Source: Bacteroidota bacterium
Lineage (GTDB): Bacteria; Bacteroidota; Bacteroidia; UKL13-3
DNA length: 64,000 nucleotides
NCBI GenBank assembly: GCA_037141455.1
Contig: JBAXCN010000006.1
Location: 2,156 to 66,155, forward strand
Reading direction: 5' to 3'
The notes beneath the pieces are model-generated. The model did not search any database and was not told the DNA's origin. It saw only the letters and a list, made by a program, of their open reading frames with translations. Below are positions 58,542-64,000 of the stretch, piece after piece (the stretch's first letter is position 1; each line of letters starts with the position of its first letter). The translations under genes and the position numbers were made by a program.

Positions 58542-59392
58542 AAAATGCTGCAGTTGCTCCAATACAAATATTGAAAATTAATAATGTTGAATCGGAATTA
58601 ACGGATGACTTATTAGCTGTAGAAGAGCCTATGGAAATAAGAATTGGATTTGGTAAAAATAATAATAGAGAGCAGCGCAATATTTCAGTAACCATGCGAA
58701 CACCAGGAAACGACTTTGAGTTGGCTTTGGGTTTTTTATTTACCGAAGGAATTATTGAAAATGTAAATGACGTTAGTCAAATAAAATATTGTAGTGAGCT
58801 TAATTCAAAGCAAGATAATAATAATATTGTAAGAGTTGAGTTAAATGAAAATATTGTATTTGATTTTAGTAAAATTCAAAGGAATTTTTATACCACTTCA
58901 AGCTGTGGTGTTTGCGGAAAAGCAAGCATTGATGCAATTAAAACCGTTTGTAATACTAAAGTAACTGAAGAAAATTTAAAGGTAAGTCAAAACGTTATTT
59001 TAGCATTGCCTGATAAGTTGAGAAGCAGCCAAAATGTTTTTGAATATACAGGAGGTTTGCATGCATGTGCGTTATTTGATAATAATGGAAATATTGAACT
59101 TATTAGAGAAGATGTAGGCCGACACAATGCTTTAGATAAGTTAATTGGAGCAGTAATTGGAAACAAAAACCAAACTCAATTATTTGAAAATAAAATACTT
59201 TTATTAAGTGGTAGAGCTAGCTTTGAATTAATTCAAAAAGCGGCTATGGCAAATATTAAAATAATATGTGCAGTAGGCGCTCCAAGTAGTTTAGCTGTTG
59301 AAACAGCAATAGAATTTGGTATTACTTTAATAGGTTTTTTAAGAGAAAAAAGATTCAATGTTTACACAAATTTTGAAAGGGTGATAAAATAA
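58538..59392 (+). CDS. fdhD: Formate dehydrogenase accessory sulfurtransferase
   Basis: TMRTPG, SSCGVCGK, TGGLHA, REDVGRHNALDKLIG and APSSLAV motifs. Confidence 0.96.
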   Translation: MKNAAVAPIQILKINNVESELTDDLLAVEEPMEIRIGFGKNNNREQRNISVTMRTPGNDFELALGFLFTEGIIENVNDVSQIKYCSELNSKQDNNNIVRVELNENIVFDFSKIQRNFYTTSSCGVCGKASIDAIKTVCNTKVTEENLKVSQNVILALPDKLRSSQNVFEYTGGLHACALFDNNGNIELIREDVGRHNALDKLIGAVIGNKNQTQLFENKILLLSGRASFELIQKAAMANIKIICAVGAPSSLAVETAIEFGITLIGFLREKRFNVYTNFERVIK

Positions 59393-59393
59393 A

Positions 59394-60338
59394 TTAATCT
59401 TCAAAATTAGAATCTGTTACATCAGTAAAATGGTCTAAAGGTGGCTCGCCTAATAAATATAAAATATCGTAAATCTGATTTTTTTTTAGCTTTTCATTTT
59501 CATGTTTATACGATGAAGCCAAATTGCGTAATACTCTTTTTATGATAGATAAATTATCGCAAGGTAAATAGTAGATAGGATTACTTTGAATATTCATTTG
59601 TTTAACAAATTGCTCTAAACTAGTTTTGGTAAATACGCCTCCCTTATGGAATGCATTTATGTAAAACTGTACGTTTTTATTATCAGCTTTTAACTGAAAA
59701 GGTTTGTTTAAATCAAGAGTGCTTAAGTCAACTTTTTCTTCTTCTAAATAAGCCAACATAAAATGTTGAGGTAAATTTATTCCAAATACCGGCAGCTTTA
59801 AATGCTGTGCTACCAACATATAAATAATGCACAACATAATTGGGTTTCCTTTTTTGCTTTCTAAAACTTCATTTATAAATGAGTTAGATGAGCTTTGGTA
59901 GTTATCTACATTCCCTGTAAAGCCATGGATATTATAAAATGCATAATTTAAAATTTTAACTTTTTCAAATGCAGTTATATCATGTCTCATATCTAGCCAA
60001 GCATTTAATTTAATTTTTTCTATACTCTCCCTAATTTCTCTTTTTAAAATATTGGGATATTTAAATTTAGCAATTAAATAAACTCCTTCTAACAAATCTC
60101 TTTCTTCCGATTTTAGCCAATTTTCAAATTCAATTAATAACTGCTTGTAATTTATTCTATGTATTAAATCGGTAGTAATTTCTTTCACATATTCATCTTG
60201 TATATTAGTCAACTCATTTTGAATAATAGGTAGCGCATCAACACCATACGATAGCAATTTATTTTCAACAATACTTACAACTTCTTGGTCAGTATCGTCA
60301 AGTAAAAATAAAAGTGATTTAATTTCTGTGGTATTCAA
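59394..60338 (-). CDS. SirB1/transglutaminase-like (Transglut_core2) protein
   Basis: LLDDTD, NSFINEVL..KKGNPI, GINLPQHF and RVLRNL motifs. Confidence 0.87.
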   Translation of the reverse strand: MNTTEIKSLLFLLDDTDQEVVSIVENKLLSYGVDALPIIQNELTNIQDEYVKEITTDLIHRINYKQLLIEFENWLKSEERDLLEGVYLIAKFKYPNILKREIRESIEKIKLNAWLDMRHDITAFEKVKILNYAFYNIHGFTGNVDNYQSSSNSFINEVLESKKGNPIMLCIIYMLVAQHLKLPVFGINLPQHFMLAYLEEEKVDLSTLDLNKPFQLKADNKNVQFYINAFHKGGVFTKTSLEQFVKQMNIQSNPIYYLPCDNLSIIKRVLRNLASSYKHENEKLKKNQIYDILYLLGEPPLDHFTDVTDSNFED

Positions 60339-60471
60339 TATTTAAATATTTGAAGTGTTTAACAAAACTAATAAAAGAACCTTATAATTGGTACTTTGTT
60401 TTATTTTTATTTTTAAAATTAATAAAAAATGTATTTAAAATATTAATTGTTTAACATTAACTTGCGACTTT

Positions 60472-61233
60472 ATGGGAAATACACTTAGCTTAGAATACAA
60501 TACAGAACGAGGTAAACTATTTTTATCGGAATATGGAAGAAGCATTCAAAAAATGGTTGAATATGCAACCAGTATTGAAGATGTTGTAAAACGTCAAAAA
60601 GTTGCAGATGAAATTTTAACTTTAATGGGCCAATTAAACCCACATTTAAGAGATATAGCCGATTACAAACACAAGCTATACGATCACTTATTCATTATAT
60701 CCGATTTTAAATTAGAACTAGATTCTCCTTATCCAAAACCAACTCCTGAAACAGTTTTTGTTAAGCCAGAGGTTATGAAATATCCGCAAAGTAAAATTTC
60801 GTTTCGCTTTTACGGTAAAAACATACAGAACATGATTATCAAAGTTACCGAACTGCCCGATGGGCCTTTTAGAACTTCATATATTAATGCCATTGGTAGT
60901 TTTATGAAAACCAATTGCCGAAACTGGAATGATGAAGTTTTGGGAGATGAGCAAATTATGGCTCACTTAGAACAATTAAGTGATGGAAAAATTGTAATTA
61001 ATGACGCAGAAAATATAGATTTTAAAGCTTCGCAAATGCGAAAATTAAACAACAACCAAAACAATAATTATAGAAATAATAACAGAAATTTTAGAAGTAA
61101 CAACAACAACAATAGAACTAATAATAACAGTAACAATAACAATAGAAAGCCTAATAACAATCCTAATAACAAAAACCCTACACTTGGCAGTAACGACAGT
61201 GGTTACCGAAAATTTAATAGTAAAGACCGATAG
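60472..61233 (+). CDS. DUF4290 family protein with Asn-rich tail
   Basis: LEYNTER..L..SEYGR.IQ, NPHLRD and KLYDHL motifs. Confidence 0.9.
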   Translation: MGNTLSLEYNTERGKLFLSEYGRSIQKMVEYATSIEDVVKRQKVADEILTLMGQLNPHLRDIADYKHKLYDHLFIISDFKLELDSPYPKPTPETVFVKPEVMKYPQSKISFRFYGKNIQNMIIKVTELPDGPFRTSYINAIGSFMKTNCRNWNDEVLGDEQIMAHLEQLSDGKIVINDAENIDFKASQMRKLNNNQNNNYRNNNRNFRSNNNNNRTNNNSNNNNRKPNNNPNNKNPTLGSNDSGYRKFNSKDR

Positions 61234-61254
61234 TTATTTATTAAATAAAATTAA

Positions 61255-62697
61255 ATGACGAATATAACCAATTACATTAATGGAACGTTGGTTGAACCCA
61301 ATGCAAAAAAATACTTAGAAAACATCAATCCTGCCACAGGTAAAGTGTATTCCTATTGCCCCGATAGTGATGAAACTGATGTTGATTTAGCTTATCAAGC
61401 TGCCAAAGCTGCTTTTCCAGCATGGAGCAATATGAGTGCAAACAATCGAAGTAAAATTTTATTGAAATTAGCCAATTTAATTGAACAAAATATTGATAAA
61501 TTAGCCATTGCCGAAAGCATTGATCAAGGTAAGCCGGTTTGGCTTGCTAAGCTTGGTGAAATTCCGAGAGCAGTAGAAAATATACATTTTTTTGCTACCG
61601 CAATCGAGCATTTTGCAAGTGAGTCACACGCCATGGGAAACCACGCTATCAATTACACATTGCGCACGCCAATTGGAGTAGTAGGCTGTATTAGTCCTTG
61701 GAATTTACCCTTATATTTATTTACTTGGAAAATAGCTCCTGCCCTAGCTGCTGGCAATTGTGTGGTGGCAAAACCAAGTGAAGTTACTCCCATGACAGCC
61801 TATTTGTTTTCGGAATTGTGCATAGAAGCAGGATTGCCGAAAGGGGTGTTAAATATTGTGCATGGATTAGGTGGAAAAGTTGGAAGTGCCATCGTTTCTC
61901 ATCCGGGAATTTCGGTTATTTCATTTACTGGCGGAACTAAAACTGGTGCTGAAATAGCACGAGTAGCAGCACCCATGTTTAAAAAACTATCGTTAGAATT
62001 AGGAGGAAAAAATCCAAATATCATTTTCGCAGATTGTAATTTCGACAAAGCAGTTTCAGAAAGTGTGCGCTCATCATTTACCAATCAAGGGGAAATATGT
62101 TTATGTGGCTCACGAATATTTATAGAAAAACCCATTTACGAAAAATTTAAAGCGGCATTTATCGAAAAATCAAAGGTCATGAAAGTGGGTAATCCCTTGC
62201 TCGATGATACCAAAGTTGGCGCCATTGCTAGTCAGATGCATTTCGACAAAGTGCTAAGTTATATTGACCTTGCCAAGGAAGAAGGCGGAACCATTTTATT
62301 AGGCGGAAATGCTGTAAAATTAGATGGTGAAAATGCAGACGGATATTTTATTGCACCAACCATTATTGAAGGCTTAGCATATAACTGTAGAACTAATTTA
62401 GAAGAAATTTTTGGCCCTGTGGTAACTTTAACTCCATTTGAATCCCAAGAAGAAGTTTTGGAAATGGCAAATGCAACGCAATATGGTTTAGCAGCAACTG
62501 TTTGGACAGAAAATTTAAATACTGCGCACCAAATGGCTGCACAAATAAAAAGCGGAATCGTTTGGATAAACTGTTGGTTATTGCGCGATTTAAGAACTCC
62601 ATTTGGAGGCATGAAACAAAGTGGTGTTGGACGCGAAGGTGGCTGGGAAGCATTAAGGTTTTTTACCGAACAGAAGAATGTTTGTATAAAGCTGTAG
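61255..62697 (+). CDS. Aldehyde dehydrogenase, 2-aminomuconate-semialdehyde dehydrogenase-like
   Basis: ISPWNLPLYLFTWKIAPA, FTGGT, LELGGKN, GEICLCGSR and RDLRTPFGG motifs. Confidence 0.9.
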   Translation: MTNITNYINGTLVEPNAKKYLENINPATGKVYSYCPDSDETDVDLAYQAAKAAFPAWSNMSANNRSKILLKLANLIEQNIDKLAIAESIDQGKPVWLAKLGEIPRAVENIHFFATAIEHFASESHAMGNHAINYTLRTPIGVVGCISPWNLPLYLFTWKIAPALAAGNCVVAKPSEVTPMTAYLFSELCIEAGLPKGVLNIVHGLGGKVGSAIVSHPGISVISFTGGTKTGAEIARVAAPMFKKLSLELGGKNPNIIFADCNFDKAVSESVRSSFTNQGEICLCGSRIFIEKPIYEKFKAAFIEKSKVMKVGNPLLDDTKVGAIASQMHFDKVLSYIDLAKEEGGTILLGGNAVKLDGENADGYFIAPTIIEGLAYNCRTNLEEIFGPVVTLTPFESQEEVLEMANATQYGLAATVWTENLNTAHQMAAQIKSGIVWINCWLLRDLRTPFGGMKQSGVGREGGWEALRFFTEQKNVCIKL

Positions 62698-62783
62698 ATT
62701 TTGAATGTTGAATTAAGGAAAGAATAATATCAATTTTTATTACCATAAGTATTATTTCTTGTGGTGAAATATAGACCTAGCAT

Positions 62784-63590
62784 ATGGCAAAAATTAAAGT
62801 TTTAAATTCCGTTATATCAATTGTAAAATTAAATGAGGCTGATTATATTTCAATCACTGATATTGCCAAACATAAAACTGATGATTCTAGTGCTGTAATT
62901 GGCAATTGGATGAGAAATAGGAATACAATTGACTTTCTAGGTCTTTGGGAAACTTTATATAATCAGAATTTTAAACCCCTCGAATTCGAGGGGTTTAAAA
63001 AAAATGCTGGTTTAAATGCTTTTACATTATCACCTTTGAAATGGATTACAAATACCGATGCAATTGGTATTATTGTTAAATCAGGCAGATACGGAGGCAC
63101 ATTTGCGCATAAGGATATAGCATTCAAATTTGCAAGTTGGATTTCTGTTGAATTTGAATTATATCTTATCAAAGAATTTCAGCGATTAAAAGAAGAAGAG
63201 CAAAAGCAATTTGGCTGGAGTGCCAAAAGAGAATTAGCCAAAATAAATTATCATATTCATACAGAAGCTGTAAAGCAAAATTTGATTCCAGATGAATTAA
63301 CTTCTAATCAAATTTCGAAGGTTTATGCCAATGAAGCTGATGTTTTAAATATGGCATTATTTGGCAAAACAGCAAAAGAATGGAGAGATTTAAACCCTGA
63401 TAAAAAAGGAAATATTAGAGATTATGCACAAATAAATGAGTTAATTTGTCTTTCAAACTTAGAAACCATCAATGCACTTTTGATTAATGAAAACATGCCA
63501 CAACAAAACAGGTTGATAAAATTGAATCAAATAGCTATTCAGCAAATGCTAATTTTAGAAAATTTAGATAATAAGAAATTGTTAAAATAA
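62784..63590 (+). CDS. KilA-N domain DNA-binding protein
   Basis: DYISITDIAK, NWMRNRNT and GRYGGTFAHKDIAFKFASWIS motifs. Confidence 0.92.
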   Translation: MAKIKVLNSVISIVKLNEADYISITDIAKHKTDDSSAVIGNWMRNRNTIDFLGLWETLYNQNFKPLEFEGFKKNAGLNAFTLSPLKWITNTDAIGIIVKSGRYGGTFAHKDIAFKFASWISVEFELYLIKEFQRLKEEEQKQFGWSAKRELAKINYHIHTEAVKQNLIPDELTSNQISKVYANEADVLNMALFGKTAKEWRDLNPDKKGNIRDYAQINELICLSNLETINALLINENMPQQNRLIKLNQIAIQQMLILENLDNKKLLK

Positions 63591-63646
63591 TTGACTCTAA
63601 CATAAATAAAATCCTAAAAGATTAAGTAAGTATACTAAAAAAATAA

Positions 63647-64000
63647 ATGAAAAAAGTAATTCCAATTTTAAGTTTTGCATTGTTATTAAGTGCATGTTCT
63701 TTTCACACTGGAAATATTTCAACAGGATCGCATATAGATTGCCCTTTAATGTATGTTGCAACTGGAACTGCAAGTTATACAAGGATTTTGGAAATTGGTG
63801 GCTCTAACATAGACGCATTGATTTTAGAAGCTAAAAGAGATTTGTATAGAAAATTTCCTTATACAAAAGGAATTAAACTTTCTAATTTTTCGGTTGATTA
63901 TAAAAATACTTTTTTTCTTATTTTTCATACAACCAAAGTAACCGTTTCGGCCGATGTATATAATTGTAACACTTCAATTTTATCCGATTCGCTTGAAAAT
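63647..64000 (+). CDS. Lipoprotein (DUF6567-like), runs off the window end
   Basis: Translated by hand: MKKVIPILSFALLLSAC...ATGTASYTRILEIGG...LILEAKRDL...TKVTVSADV. Confidence 0.7.
   Translation, partial: MKKVIPILSFALLLSACSFHTGNISTGSHIDCPLMYVATGTASYTRILEIGGSNIDALILEAKRDLYRKFPYTKGIKLSNFSVDYKNTFFLIFHTTKVTVSADVYNCNTSILSDSLEN

Noticed and set aside
1-64000. Many antisense or nested ORFs in the track (e.g. 2641..2967, 20032..20472, 33308..33808, 45990..46493) and RNA genes
   Set aside because: The ORFs are shadows of well-supported genes. I recognised no tRNA, rRNA or riboswitch by eye; a covariance-model scan would be needed to exclude them.

Overview
AT-rich chromosomal segment of a Bacteroidota bacterium, judged from T9SS C-terminal domains, TAnnTTTG -7 promoters and typical Bacteroidota gene families. 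Most of it is housekeeping or conserved: gatB, priA, alaS, miaA, folD, a pccB-like gene, fdhD, DEAD-box and Lhr-like helicases, a TonB receptor, SCO/cytochrome c, and four tandem cold-shock genes. I saw no rRNA, tRNA, CRISPR array or transposase. Two accessory loci stand out. (1) 47173-53759 is a six-gene operon: stand-alone PqqD/RRE, ATP-grasp ligase, LysA-fold PLP decarboxylase, urea-transporter/M23-peptidase fusion, outer-membrane barrel and TPR protein. No precursor-peptide gene is visible, but the decarboxylase itself begins with a RiPP-leader-like YxxPxI motif. This is my best candidate for an undescribed system. (2) 25157-31896 is a secreted-protein operon bracketed by toxin-antitoxin pairs, in which two adjacent genes are each broken by one in-frame TAA in the same context (TAA-GAT-RCA). 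There are also many small palindromic and heptamer repeats (one inserted in frame in alaS), a cassette-like orphan gene, and a perfect 32-bp palindrome inside a KilA-N gene. All family assignments come from motif recognition, not database searches.
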